Source: Candidatus Multivorans sp. (GTDB taxonomy: Bacteria > Acidobacteriota > Thermoanaerobaculia > Multivoradales > Multivoraceae). Taken from it: a stretch of DNA of 64,000 nucleotides. The notes below the pieces were generated by a model, which searched no databases, was not told where the DNA came from, and saw only the letters and a program-made list of their open reading frames with translations. Shown piece by piece: positions 1 to 10,202 of this stretch (its first letter is position 1; each line of letters opens with the position of its first letter). A program made the position numbers and the translations under genes. The DNA lies in the NCBI GenBank assembly GCA_965247095.1, contig OZ251997.1:64001-128000 (forward strand), written 5' to 3'.

Positions 1-2047
1 GCGGATCCTCGGCCAGGTCAGGCCGGCCCATCGTGGCCGCCAGGCGGCCGAACTCCTCGTTGCTGTGCACCTCGATCGCGAGCCAGCGGTCGACCCCCCA
101 GCAGCGGTAGACGCTGTGCGGCGCCGAACTGCGGTGCGCGTTGCCGGCCCGCTCCGGGATCTCGCCCGTCATCTCGTACTCGAGGAGCACCTCGCCGAGC
201 AGGGAGCTGACGCCCTCGCACTGGGAGTAGTCGATGAACTGGCCCTCGCCGGTCCGCTCGCGGTGGTGCAGGGCCGCGACGACCGAGAAGGCGAGCGTGA
301 TCGCGTTCATCACATCGACGTCGCCGCCGCTGTGGGTCGGGTGGTCGTCGGGGTAGCCGGAGATGTACGCGCCGCCGGCGACGCCCTGGTGGACCATCGC
401 GTAGCCGAGGTACTCGGTTTCCGGGCCGCCGTGGCCGCGGCCGGATGAGGACGCGACGATGAGCCCGGGGTTCGTCCGGCGAAGGTTCTCGTGATCGAGG
501 CCGAGCTTGACCATCGCGCCGGGGCGCATGTTGTCGTAGACCACGTCGCACTCGCCGGCGAGGCGGAGTGCGAGTTCGCGGCCCTCGGGCTGCGACAGGT
601 CGAGCGTCAGCGAGCGCTTGTTCAGGTTCATCGTGTTGAAGACCAACCCGGCGTCGGGGCCGACCTTCTGCGGCGCTTCCTCCGCGCGCGGCCAGATCAC
701 CGACCGGCGGGTCAGATCGAGCCGCTTCGGCCCCTCGACCTTGATCACCTCGGCGCCGAGGGCCGAGAGCAGGACGCCGGCGTAAGGCCCGGCCCAGACC
801 CAGGCGAACTCGGCGACGCGGATGCCCTCGAGCGGCAGGGACGGGCGGGACGGGGCGGCAGCCGGTTCGGCGCTCCATGAGGCAATGGTGGGTCGCGCGC
901 CGGTGGCGCCGCCGCCGTTCAGTTCGCTGCGAATCTCCGCGGAGTGCTCGCCCAAGAGCGGTGCCGGGCGCGAGACCCGCGGCTTCGACGCGCCCATCCG
1001 GTACGGCCAGCCGGCGTAGCGCTTCGTCCCGGCGCGGGGATGGGCGACAGGGACGAAGTAGTCGCGCGCCGCGTACTGCGCGTACCCCATCACGTCGGCG
1101 GCGTCGTGAATCGGGCCGACGGGAATGCCGAGCCGGGCGGCGCGGTGGTAGAGGTCGTCGCGCTTCTGCTCGAGCGCCCAGGCGTCGACCTGGGGTGCGA
1201 TCTCCATCAGGTGGTGGCTGCGGTAGGCCATGTCCTTCCACTCGTCGCCCTCGCACCACGAGGGGTTGCCCATCAGTTCTCGAAAGAGCTCGAAGTGGTG
1301 GTCGTCGAAGGCGTTGAGGATCACGTAGCCGTCGCTTGTCTTGAGGCGGCCCATGGCGGGCGGGCGGTCCGGCACCCGAGACCAGGTGGTCTCGTGGTAG
1401 CGGGCGCTGGCGAGGAGCGGCGCCACCAGGCTGACCATCACGTCCTGGATCGAGACGTCGACGCGGGCGCCCGCGCCGCCGTGGCGGCGTTCGTAGAGCA
1501 GGGCCGCGACCGCGAGCGCCGCCACCAGGCCGCCGTGGTAGCCGGCCTGGTGGCCGCCCAGGGTGACCGGCGCGCGGTCGATGTCGCGCGACCGGGCCGG
1601 CATCTGGTTGACGAGTCCGCCGCCGTGGGTGAGCGTCAGTTCCCCGGCCGGTGCGGCGGCTCTGGGGCCGTCCAGACCGTAGGGCGTGACCGCCGCCACG
1701 ATCAGATCGGCCCTCGTCTCGACCGGCGGCTCCCGGTCGGCGATCAGGACGGCGGCGTCGCCGAGCAACGCGACGAAGGTCTCGCGGTCGCGGTCGTCGT
1801 CCAGGTCGAGGACGATCCCGCGCTTGCTCGTGTTGCAGTACAGGAACAGCGGCGAGGCTTCCGGGTCGTCGCCGGATGCTCGTCGCGCGCGGTCGCCGGC
1901 CGGCGGCTCGACCTTGATCACGTCGGCGCCGAGGTCGGCGAGCAGCTTGCCGCAGTACGGGCCGGCGACGCCTTCGGCCAGCTCGATGACACGGAAGCCG
2001 GTGAACGGTCCACCGGCTGTAGCTGTGTGGGACTCCTGATCCGTCAT
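1..2047 (-). CDS. Family III (CaiB/BaiF) CoA-transferase, two fused domains; 3' end beyond window
   Basis: Not in the ORF track (no stop inside window). Manual translation from ATG at 2047: MTDQESHTATAGGPFTGFRVIELAEGVAGPYCGKLLADLGADVIKVE. Second domain begins LEGIRVAEFAWVWAGPYAGVLLSALGAEVIKVE near 830. ATGA overlap with the upstream gene's stop. Confidence 0.92.
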   Translation of the reverse strand, partial: MTDQESHTATAGGPFTGFRVIELAEGVAGPYCGKLLADLGADVIKVEPPAGDRARRASGDDPEASPLFLYCNTSKRGIVLDLDDDRDRETFVALLGDAAVLIADREPPVETRADLIVAAVTPYGLDGPRAAAPAGELTLTHGGGLVNQMPARSRDIDRAPVTLGGHQAGYHGGLVAALAVAALLYERRHGGAGARVDVSIQDVMVSLVAPLLASARYHETTWSRVPDRPPAMGRLKTSDGYVILNAFDDHHFELFRELMGNPSWCEGDEWKDMAYRSHHLMEIAPQVDAWALEQKRDDLYHRAARLGIPVGPIHDAADVMGYAQYAARDYFVPVAHPRAGTKRYAGWPYRMGASKPRVSRPAPLLGEHSAEIRSELNGGGATGARPTIASWSAEPAAAPSRPSLPLEGIRVAEFAWVWAGPYAGVLLSALGAEVIKVEGPKRLDLTRRSVIWPRAEEAPQKVGPDAGLVFNTMNLNKRSLTLDLSQPEGRELALRLAGECDVVYDNMRPGAMVKLGLDHENLRRTNPGLIVASSSGRGHGGPETEYLGYAMVHQGVAGGAYISGYPDDHPTHSGGDVDVMNAITLAFSVVAALHHRERTGEGQFIDYSQCEGVSSLLGEVLLEYEMTGEIPERAGNAHRSSAPHSVYRCWGVDRWLAIEVHSNEEFGRLAATMGRPDLAEDP

Positions 2048-3825
2048 TTCAGCTTGTAGGCCTCCCTCGCCGAGCGCAGCCACTCGTGGTCGTCACCGTC
2101 TCCGAAGTAGTAGAAGACCGCTCCGTTCGGGAGCATCAGCACGCCGATGCCGCCGTAGCCCAGCATCTGGCGCACCCAGATCTCCTTCGTGTCGGTGCCG
2201 GCGGAGGTGACCTGAATCTGCCGCGACCAGACGGAGTTGTTGTATTTGTTCGGCTTGGCCTGGTGGACGGCGTCGAGGCCGCGGTCCTCCTCGTTCTCCT
2301 GCATGGCCGCCGCCAGCAGGTCCGGATGGAGCACGTGACGGTCGCCGATCCGGCCGCGCTGTACGTTGAGCAGGTTCGCGATCTTGAGGATGTCGTCCGG
2401 GGTCCAGAACATGCCGTAGCCGCCGAAGGGCCGGCCGTCGGCCCGGTTGTCGGTGCGCACCGCCTGGAGCGCGCCGGCCGACAGGCCGAGGGGCCGGTAG
2501 ACCTCGTCGGCGACGAAGGCGAGCAAGTCGGCGGGCTCCTTCTTCGTGGCGCCGGCGAGGCGGCCGACGTACTCCGTCATCGCGTACGTCAGCAGGTAGG
2601 TGTCCGTCGTGTGGTACACCCAGCGCCGGCCGGGCGGCTCCTTGGTGGTGAAGGCCATGGCGCCCCGGAGCCTGCGGTTCTGGTTCTCGACGACGAAGAA
2701 GTTCAGCTCGGTCGTCGTGTCCTTCTCGTCTTCCTGGTCGCCGGGATCCCAGTAGTGGCCGGTCGCCATGTCCAGCAGGTGCTCGAAGGTCACGCCTTGC
2801 CAGCGGCCCTTGGGGGGCTTCGGCAGGTAGTCCCTGAGTGGAAGCCGGGCGACGTCCTCGCCGTGCATCTGGGCCAGCCGCATCAGCGCCACTGCGGCGA
2901 AGGCGGTCTTGGCGGTCGAGTAGGACGGCAGGCGGATCCGGTCCGGGTAGGGATAGTCGCCGTGACGGGTGCGAACGGGGCCGGCGTAGTGGACGCCGTC
3001 GAAGGCGACGCCGAACGCGGTCAGGTGTTCGCGGTCCATGCCGGCGCCGAACGACTGCGAGTAGACCTGGGATCGCGGGTGGTCGCCCCGGATTTCGTCG
3101 ATCGGGCGCACCGGTATTCGGGCCGCAACCTCCGCGGCGTAGGCGTCGGCGACCGCCTGGGCGTCCGGCGACTCGCCGGCCACGAAGCGTGCGGGGCCGG
3201 CGTCCCAGAGGTCGAACTTGAAGTACTTGCAGGTTTCCTGAGTCACCTGGAAGGCGGCGGGCGAGGTGGCGCTGCCGTCGAAGAGGAAGGACACGACGCC
3301 GTGGTAGGCGCAGTTCTGGTTGCGCTCGACCAGGGTGATCGGCAGCGAGGCCCGGCTCTTGCCGCCGTCTCCGCGTTCGCTCCAGATGCGCCCCGCGCCG
3401 ACGATCGCATTCCAATAGGCGTCGCCGGTGAAGCGGAGCCCCCGGTTGGCCGGGATCAGGTGGGAGCCGCTCTGGGTGAGAACGACTTCGAGCCGCGGGA
3501 TGCGGCGCAAGGCGGAGGTGATCGGCGGCTCCAGCGCCCGCGAGTAGAAGTCATGGTGAACGGTCCACGACGACGCACCCCCTCCGAAGAGTTGCAGGGT
3601 TCCCTGCATCTGATGACGCGGCGGCGCGGCGTTCTCGGGCAGCGCGAAGGCCGAGTTGTCGATCGGCGACGGGAGCTCGCCGGCTTGTAGTTGTGAGGCC
3701 CTCAGCAGGGTCCGTGCCACTTCGCCCGAGCCAGTCAGGGGGTCGCCAGGCACGTTCGCGGCGGTTGCCGGCATCACCGCGCTCAGCGCGAAGGCGAGCA
3801 GGAACACGGAGGAGGAAGCGGGCAT
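2044..3825 (-). CDS. Secreted serine hydrolase, beta-lactamase/class C-like (SxxK) family
   Basis: Signal peptide MPASSSVFLLAFALSAVMPATAA; SxxK motif YSTAKT; LLDMATG; WVYHT (YxN-like); C-terminal MLGYGG. Start trimmed from the 933-aa track ORF, whose N-terminus is antisense to the exonuclease. Confidence 0.8.
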   Translation of the reverse strand: MPASSSVFLLAFALSAVMPATAANVPGDPLTGSGEVARTLLRASQLQAGELPSPIDNSAFALPENAAPPRHQMQGTLQLFGGGASSWTVHHDFYSRALEPPITSALRRIPRLEVVLTQSGSHLIPANRGLRFTGDAYWNAIVGAGRIWSERGDGGKSRASLPITLVERNQNCAYHGVVSFLFDGSATSPAAFQVTQETCKYFKFDLWDAGPARFVAGESPDAQAVADAYAAEVAARIPVRPIDEIRGDHPRSQVYSQSFGAGMDREHLTAFGVAFDGVHYAGPVRTRHGDYPYPDRIRLPSYSTAKTAFAAVALMRLAQMHGEDVARLPLRDYLPKPPKGRWQGVTFEHLLDMATGHYWDPGDQEDEKDTTTELNFFVVENQNRRLRGAMAFTTKEPPGRRWVYHTTDTYLLTYAMTEYVGRLAGATKKEPADLLAFVADEVYRPLGLSAGALQAVRTDNRADGRPFGGYGMFWTPDDILKIANLLNVQRGRIGDRHVLHPDLLAAAMQENEEDRGLDAVHQAKPNKYNNSVWSRQIQVTSAGTDTKEIWVRQMLGYGGIGVLMLPNGAVFYYFGDGDDHEWLRSAREAYKLK

Positions 3826-3873
3826 GGCGGCTGATGGTAGCTTGCCCGAGACGCCCCACGTTGTGAATCCGGC

Positions 3874-4785
<912 letters not shown>

Positions 4786-4788
4786 GGG

Positions 4789-4944
4789 CTTGCGCGGCAG
4801 AACGATCTGGACCTGGGAACCTGTGTGGCGCGACCCGCGCCACACGCGAACCAGTCCGTGCGCCCGTCATCGGGCGCACGGATGGCACGCGGGCATCCTG
4901 CCCGCATCCGGCGCGGAGCGCCGGCCTCCGGTAGTTCTGCCGTT
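4789..4944. repeat. Miniature palindromic repeat element (REP/MITE-like), long copy with two extra hairpins
   Basis: TTGCGCGGCAGAAC...GTTCTGCCG ends as at 17181-17268. Core ACGCGGGCATCCTGCCCGCATCCGGCGCGGAGCGCCGG at 4887-4924. Inserted perfect hairpins at 4823-4845 and 4855-4882. Confidence 0.75.
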
Positions 4945-5071
4945 CTAGCCCGAAGTTCTGAGGCTCCTGGGGCCTCCTCGTCGTCGAGAGGCGTTGCAGT
5001 GCTTGGGTTTTCGGGTGTTGGGCCGCCCCTGTTTTCTGCCATTGGTAGCCATGTAAGGATCTCGTGGCATG

Positions 5072-5100
5072 TAGACATTCTGAATGGTTGCGTCTACAAT
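5072..5100 (+). promoter_or_regulatory. Sigma70-type transposase promoter with dyad symmetry
   Basis: TAGACA (5072-5077), 17-bp spacer, TACAAT (5095-5100), ATG at 5109. TGTAGAC (5070-5076) and GTCTACA (5092-5098) form an inverted repeat. Confidence 0.6.
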
Positions 5101-5108
5101 GAGAAGCC

Positions 5109-6827
5109 ATGTACATCGAACGGGTACCCAACCGAAACTCACCACCCGCCGTCCTGCTGAGAGAGTCCTACCGACAGGACGGAAAGGTCAAGAAACGCAC
5201 TCTCGCCAACCTCTCCAAGTGGCCCGACCAACTCGTCGAAGGACTCAGAACCCTGCTCAAGGGAGGAGTCGCCCTGCCTTCGCTCGAGGCCGCCTTCGAA
5301 ATCCTGCGCGCCAGACCGCACGGCCATGTCGCCGCCGTCCTCGGCGTGGCCCGAAGCCTCGGCATCGAACGACTCCTCGACCGACGGCCCTCGCGCGAAC
5401 GGGCACTGGCGCTGGCCATGATCGCGGCCCGCATCCTCGAGCCGCGATCCAAGCTCGCCACCGCCCGCGGACTCGCGAGCGAGACCATGAGCCACACCCT
5501 CGGCGAGGAACTCGGCGTGCAGGAGGCCTCGGCCGACGAACTCTACGGCGCCATGGACTGGCTGCTCGAAAGACAGCCGCGCATCGAGCGGACTCTTGCC
5601 CGGCGGCATCTGGAAGACGGCTCGCTGGTGCTTTACGACGTGACCTCGGTCTACTTTGAGGGCAGGAAGTGCACGCTGGCCAGGCACGGCTACTCCAGGG
5701 ACAAGAAGAGAGGCAAGGTCCAGATCGTCTTCGGCCTGCTCTGCAGCCGGGACGGATGCCCGGTCGCGGTCGAGGTATTCGAGGGCAACACGGCCGATCC
5801 GACGACCCTGAACGCCCAGGTGCAGAAGCTCCGCGACCGCTTCTCGCTGGAGAGGATCGTGATGGTCTCAGACCGGGGCCTGATCACCGACGCGCGCATC
5901 CGCGAGGACCTCGACCCCGCGGGCCTGTCCTGGATCAGCGCCCTGCGCGCGCCGGCGATCAGGACGCTGGCCCAGGAAGGCCACCTGCAACTGTCGCTCT
6001 TCGACCAGCGGAAGATGGCCGAGATCAGCGTCCCGGAGCTGTACCCCAAGGAGCGCCTCGTGGTGTGCCGGAACCCGCTTCTGGCGGAGGAACGCGGCCG
6101 CAAGCGCCAGGAGCTTCTCGAATCCACCGAGCGCAAGCTCGACGCCGTCGTTGCGGCGACGCGGCGCAAGAAGAACCCCCTGCGCGGCAAGGACGCCATC
6201 GCCGTGCGCGCGGACCGCGCCCTGGGCGCCTACAAGGTCGGCAAGCACTTCGAGGTCGAGATCGAAGAGGACGGCTTCCAATACCGCCGCAACGAGGCGC
6301 GCATCGCCGAGGAAGCCGCTCTCGACGGCTTCTACGTCATCCGCACCAACGTCCCCGAAGACGAACTGCCGGCAGCCGATGCGGTCCGCGCCTACAAGAG
6401 CCTCAGCCGCGTCGAACGCGCCTTCCGCTCCTACAAGAGCGTCGACCTCAAAGTGCGCCCCGTCCACCATCGCCTAGCCTCGAGGGTACGCGCCCACGTC
6501 TTCCTCTGCATGCTCGCCTACTACGTCGAGTGGCACATGCGCCGGACCCTGGCGCCCCTCCTCTTCGACGACCAACGCCGCGACGACCAACGCGAGTCGC
6601 CCGTCGATCCCGCGCGAAGGTCGCACGAGGCAATGACCAAGGCCAACTCCCGGAGGACCCCCGACGGACTCCCCGTCCACAGCTTCCAGACCTTGCTCGC
6701 CGACCTGGCCACGCTGACCCGAAACCGCGTGCGGATGCACGGCAAGGCCGACTCCACCGCCGACGTCCTCGCACGGCCCACTCCACTCCAGAACGAAGCC
6801 TTCAAACTACTCGGCATCCGCCCCTGA
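5109..6827 (+). CDS. IS1634-family DDE transposase
   Basis: N-terminus MYIERVPNRNSPPAVLLRESYR..GKVKKRTLANLS; LYDVTSVYFEG, GYSRD, VSDRG, YKSLSRVERAFR and RVRAHVFLCMLAY motifs. Confidence 0.93.
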   Translation: MYIERVPNRNSPPAVLLRESYRQDGKVKKRTLANLSKWPDQLVEGLRTLLKGGVALPSLEAAFEILRARPHGHVAAVLGVARSLGIERLLDRRPSRERALALAMIAARILEPRSKLATARGLASETMSHTLGEELGVQEASADELYGAMDWLLERQPRIERTLARRHLEDGSLVLYDVTSVYFEGRKCTLARHGYSRDKKRGKVQIVFGLLCSRDGCPVAVEVFEGNTADPTTLNAQVQKLRDRFSLERIVMVSDRGLITDARIREDLDPAGLSWISALRAPAIRTLAQEGHLQLSLFDQRKMAEISVPELYPKERLVVCRNPLLAEERGRKRQELLESTERKLDAVVAATRRKKNPLRGKDAIAVRADRALGAYKVGKHFEVEIEEDGFQYRRNEARIAEEAALDGFYVIRTNVPEDELPAADAVRAYKSLSRVERAFRSYKSVDLKVRPVHHRLASRVRAHVFLCMLAYYVEWHMRRTLAPLLFDDQRRDDQRESPVDPARRSHEAMTKANSRRTPDGLPVHSFQTLLADLATLTRNRVRMHGKADSTADVLARPTPLQNEAFKLLGIRP

Positions 6828-6952
6828 AGTCGACGTACCCAGTACAAGACACCGCCGAACAACTGAAAACGCCCACCACTACAGGCGATTTCACGACTTG
6901 AAGCTCAGAACTTCGGTCTAGCGCCCCTTCCGGCAGTAGGATCCGGTCCGCG

Positions 6953-8731
6953 ATGAAGCTGATCGACAAACTCCGCTCGGCGATCTCTGAAGGGCGGCCG
7001 TTCTACTCGTTCGAGTACTTCCCGCCGAAGACGGAGACGGGGATCGAGAACCTCTACGCGCGCATCGAGCGAATGGGTCGGCTCGAGCCCGCGTTCGTCG
7101 ACGTGACCTGGGGCGCCGGCGGCAGCACCGCCGAACTCACGTTCGAACTGGCGAGCACGATCGAGAACGTGCTCGGCCTCGAAACGATGATGCATCTGAC
7201 CTGCACGAACATGCCGCGCCGGAAGATCGCGGCGGTGCTCGAGGACTGCCGCGCCCGCGGCATCGGCAACATCCTGGCGCTGCGCGGCGACCCGCCGCGC
7301 GGCCGCGGTTCCTGGTCGGCGGTGACCGACGGTTTCGCCCATGCCTCGGACCTGGTGCGCTTCATCCGCGAGGAGCACGGCGATTACTTTGGAATCTGCG
7401 TCGGGGGCTATCCCGAAGGGCACCCGGAGGCTGCGAGCCGGGAGCGCGATCTGGACCATCTGGCCGAGAAGGTGGCGACCGGCGCGGACTTCGTGATTAC
7501 TCAGATGTTCTACGAGCCGGAGCTGTATCTGCGCTTCGTCGACGGCTGCCGCGAGCGTGGCATCTCCTGCCCGCTGGTTCCCGGTCTGGCGCCGATCAAC
7601 GGCTACCAGTCGTTCCAGCGCATCACCGGCTTCGGCGCCAGCGCGCCGCCCGAGATCGCGCGGGAGATCGAGGCGCGCCGCTTCCACGACGCTTCGGTGC
7701 GCGAGTACGGGCAGGATCTGTTGACCGGAATCTGCCGCCGCTTGCTCGACGGCGGCGCCCCCGGCCTGCACTTCTACACCTTGAATCTCGAGCGTTCGGT
7801 GCAGGTGATCCTCCGCCGGCTGGGCATCGTGCCCGAACACACCGAGCGGGTGCTGCCCTGGCGCAGCGCGACCGCCGTCGGGCGCCCGAAGGAGGAGGTG
7901 CGGCCCATCTTCTGGGCCAACCGGCCCAAGAGCTATCTCGCTCGGACCCAGGACTGGGACGAGTTCCCGAACGGCCGCTGGGGCGATTCCGGTTCGCCCG
8001 CATTCGGCGATCTGGCGGACCATCACCTGGCGTTTCGCCCGATCAAGCCCGACGTCGCGCGCGAGCGTTGGGGACGCGAACTTGCGTCGATCGACCAGGT
8101 GCGGGGGGTCTTCGCCGGCTTCTGCCGCGGCGAGGTCGACGGCATTCCCTGGTACGACTGGCCGCTCGACCTGGAGAGCGAGCCGTTGCGGAACGCGCTG
8201 GAGCGGTTGAACCTGGCGGGGCTCTTGACGATCAACTCGCAGCCGCGGGTCAACGGCGCGCCGTCCGACGATCCGGCGGTGGGCTGGGGCGGCGCCGGCG
8301 GCCACCTCTACCAGAAGGCGTATCTCGAGTTCTTCCTGGCGCCGGAGCAGGTGCCGCCGCTGCTTGGAGCGCTGGCGGCGAACGAGAGCCTGTCGTACCA
8401 CGCGATCGACCGTTCCGGCACCGCCTACAGCAACTGCGACACGGTCAACGCGGTGACCTGGGGCGTCTTCCCGGGGGGCGAGATCCGGCAGCCGACTATT
8501 GTCGATCCGCGCTCCTTCGAGGTCTGGAAGGACGAGGCCTTCGACTTGTGGTTGTCGTCATGGGCGGCGGTCTACGAGGATGAAAGCGCGTCGCGCCGCC
8601 TGCTCCAGCGCATTCACGACACCTACTTCCTGGTCAACGTGGTCGACAACGACTACGTGGACGGTGACCTGCTGGGCTTTCTGCTCGAAGCGCTTGGCAG
8701 TCTGGACGAGCGCCGGCGCGCCGAACTCTGA
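6953..8731 (+). CDS. metF: Methylenetetrahydrofolate reductase, eukaryote-type, with C-terminal regulatory domain
   Basis: Catalytic barrel motifs SFEYFPPK, VTWGAGG, MHLTCTN, LALRGDPP, GYPEGH, ITQMFY, LHFYTLN. About 290 additional residues with RPIFWANRPKSY, WDEFPNGRWGDS, TINSQP, QKAYLEFF, NAVTWGVFPG..I.QPT.VD and WKDEAF. Confidence 0.95.
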   Translation: MKLIDKLRSAISEGRPFYSFEYFPPKTETGIENLYARIERMGRLEPAFVDVTWGAGGSTAELTFELASTIENVLGLETMMHLTCTNMPRRKIAAVLEDCRARGIGNILALRGDPPRGRGSWSAVTDGFAHASDLVRFIREEHGDYFGICVGGYPEGHPEAASRERDLDHLAEKVATGADFVITQMFYEPELYLRFVDGCRERGISCPLVPGLAPINGYQSFQRITGFGASAPPEIAREIEARRFHDASVREYGQDLLTGICRRLLDGGAPGLHFYTLNLERSVQVILRRLGIVPEHTERVLPWRSATAVGRPKEEVRPIFWANRPKSYLARTQDWDEFPNGRWGDSGSPAFGDLADHHLAFRPIKPDVARERWGRELASIDQVRGVFAGFCRGEVDGIPWYDWPLDLESEPLRNALERLNLAGLLTINSQPRVNGAPSDDPAVGWGGAGGHLYQKAYLEFFLAPEQVPPLLGALAANESLSYHAIDRSGTAYSNCDTVNAVTWGVFPGGEIRQPTIVDPRSFEVWKDEAFDLWLSSWAAVYEDESASRRLLQRIHDTYFLVNVVDNDYVDGDLLGFLLEALGSLDERRRAEL

Positions 8732-8740
8732 GACCGCCGC

Positions 8741-8785
8741 CCTGGGAACCCGGGCGTCTCGCCCGCATCCGGCGCGAAGCGCCGG
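8741..8785. repeat. REP-like double-hairpin repeat, core copy
   Basis: CCTGGGAACCCGGGCGTCTCGCCCGCATCCGGCGCGAAGCGCCGG, nearly identical to 22562-22606. Confidence 0.8.
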
Positions 8786-8800
8786 TCTCTGGCTCCGCCG

Positions 8801-8895
8801 CTACGCCGACGAACCCCCGTCCATCACGATCGTCGCCCCGGTCATGTAGCTCCCCGCCTTCGAGGCCAGGAACACCGCCGCGCCGGCGGTCTCCC
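8801..8895 (-). pseudogene. C-terminal remnant of an SDR oxidoreductase
   Basis: Minus strand reads ETAGAAVFLASKAGSYMTGATIVMDGGSSA*, a classic SDR C-terminus. Upstream sequence switches abruptly to antisense pbpC. Confidence 0.8.
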
Positions 8896-10182
8896 GGGTC
8901 GACGCTGAAGCCGCTGCTCTACGGACTGGCCCTGGACAGCGGCCTGATTCATCCGATGACGCTGCTCGAGGACGCCCCGCGGCGGTATGCGGCGTATGCG
9001 CCGGAGAACTTCGACCGCGGCTTTCTGGGGCCCGTCTTCGCCCGCGACGCCCTCGTCCACAGCCGCAACCTGCCCGCCGTCAGTCTGCTCGAAGCGCTCG
9101 ATGTGGAGCGGTTCCGGGACTGGCTCCAGGAGGCCGGAGTGGGTGGCCTCAAGTCGGCAGAACACTACGGTCTGGCCTTGGCGCTCGGCGGCAGCGAGAT
9201 CACGATGGAGGAACTGGTGCGCCTCTACGCGGTGCTGGCCGGCGGTGGAGTCTGGCGCGATCTCAGCACTACCGCGGGCGCTTCAGCGGCGCCGGCGAAG
9301 CGCCTGCTCAGCCCCGAAGCGAGCTTCCTGGTGCTCGACATGCTCCGAGACGTGCCGCGGCCCGACGCGCCGTCTCTGGTCGCCGGGACGCGGCAGCCGG
9401 TGGCCTGGAAGACCGGTACCTCGTTCGGCTTCCGTGACGCCTGGAGCGTGGGTGTCGCCGGCCGCTACGTGCTGGCGGTGTGGGTCGGCAACTTCGACGG
9501 CAGCGCCAATCCGGCCTTCGTTGGCCGGGAGGCGGCGGCGCCGCTGTTCTTCGCCATCGTCGACAGCCTGAATGTGCCCCCGGCCAGCGATCAGCCGGCC
9601 ACCGCTCTCAACCTGCGGCGCGTCGACGTGTGTGCGACCACGGGCGATCTGCCAGGCCGGCACTGCCCGCGCACGACCCGATCCTGGTTCATTCCGGGCG
9701 TGTCGCCGATCAAGGAGTCGTCGGTCTACCGCGCGGTGCGCGTGGATCCGGCAACGGGGCTGAGGAGTTGCCGTGACGACATCGCGGCGCGTGAGGAGAT
9801 CTACGAGTTCTGGCCCTCGAACATCTACGCCGTGTTCCGGCGTGCCGGCGTCGCCATCCGGCAGCCTCCGCCGTGGTCCCCGGAGTGCGGGCTCGACCGC
9901 ACGTCGGCCTCGGGTGCGCCTCCGCGCATCGCCTCGCCTCAGAGTTCGCTGATCTACCACGTCCCGCGCCGCGGTGCGGAGCGGTCGAACGTGCTGTTCT
10001 CCGCCGTTGCCGACGGCGATGCGGGGGAGCTGTACTGGTTCGTCAACGACCGTCTCGTCGCCCGGGTGTCGCCCGGCGAGGACTACCTGTGGTCGCCGCG
10101 GGCGGGTCGGTTTACCGTGCGCGTGGCGGACGATCTGGGGCGGGCGCACGCCGTCCCGATCACGGTGGCTGCGAGTCCGTAG
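8887..10182 (+). pseudogene. pbpC: 5'-truncated penicillin-binding protein 1C (transpeptidase and C-terminal domain only)
   Basis: RSPGSTLKPLLYGLALD (SxxK) is in frame from 8887, upstream of the first ATG at 8956. SRN, WKTGTSFGFRDAWSVG and WVGNFDG motifs; BiPBP-type tail LYWFVND. Anchor and transglycosylase domain are absent. Confidence 0.85.
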
Positions 10183-10202
10183 GCTGCTACCGTCCCGGAC
10201 CC

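Larger units (their letters stand above)
4949..6917 (+). mobile_element. IS1634-family-like insertion sequence, complete
   Basis: Terminal inverted repeats CCCGAAGTTCTGAG (4949-4962) and CTCAGAACTTCGGT (6904-6917), 13/14 match. Flanked by CTAG on both sides (4945-4948, 6918-6921). Encloses a single transposase. Confidence 0.9.

Noticed and set aside
18-2059. Track ORFs 18..1259 (-) and 944..2059 (+)
   Set aside because: Off-frame and antisense shadows of the CoA-transferase, which the track missed because it has no stop inside the window.
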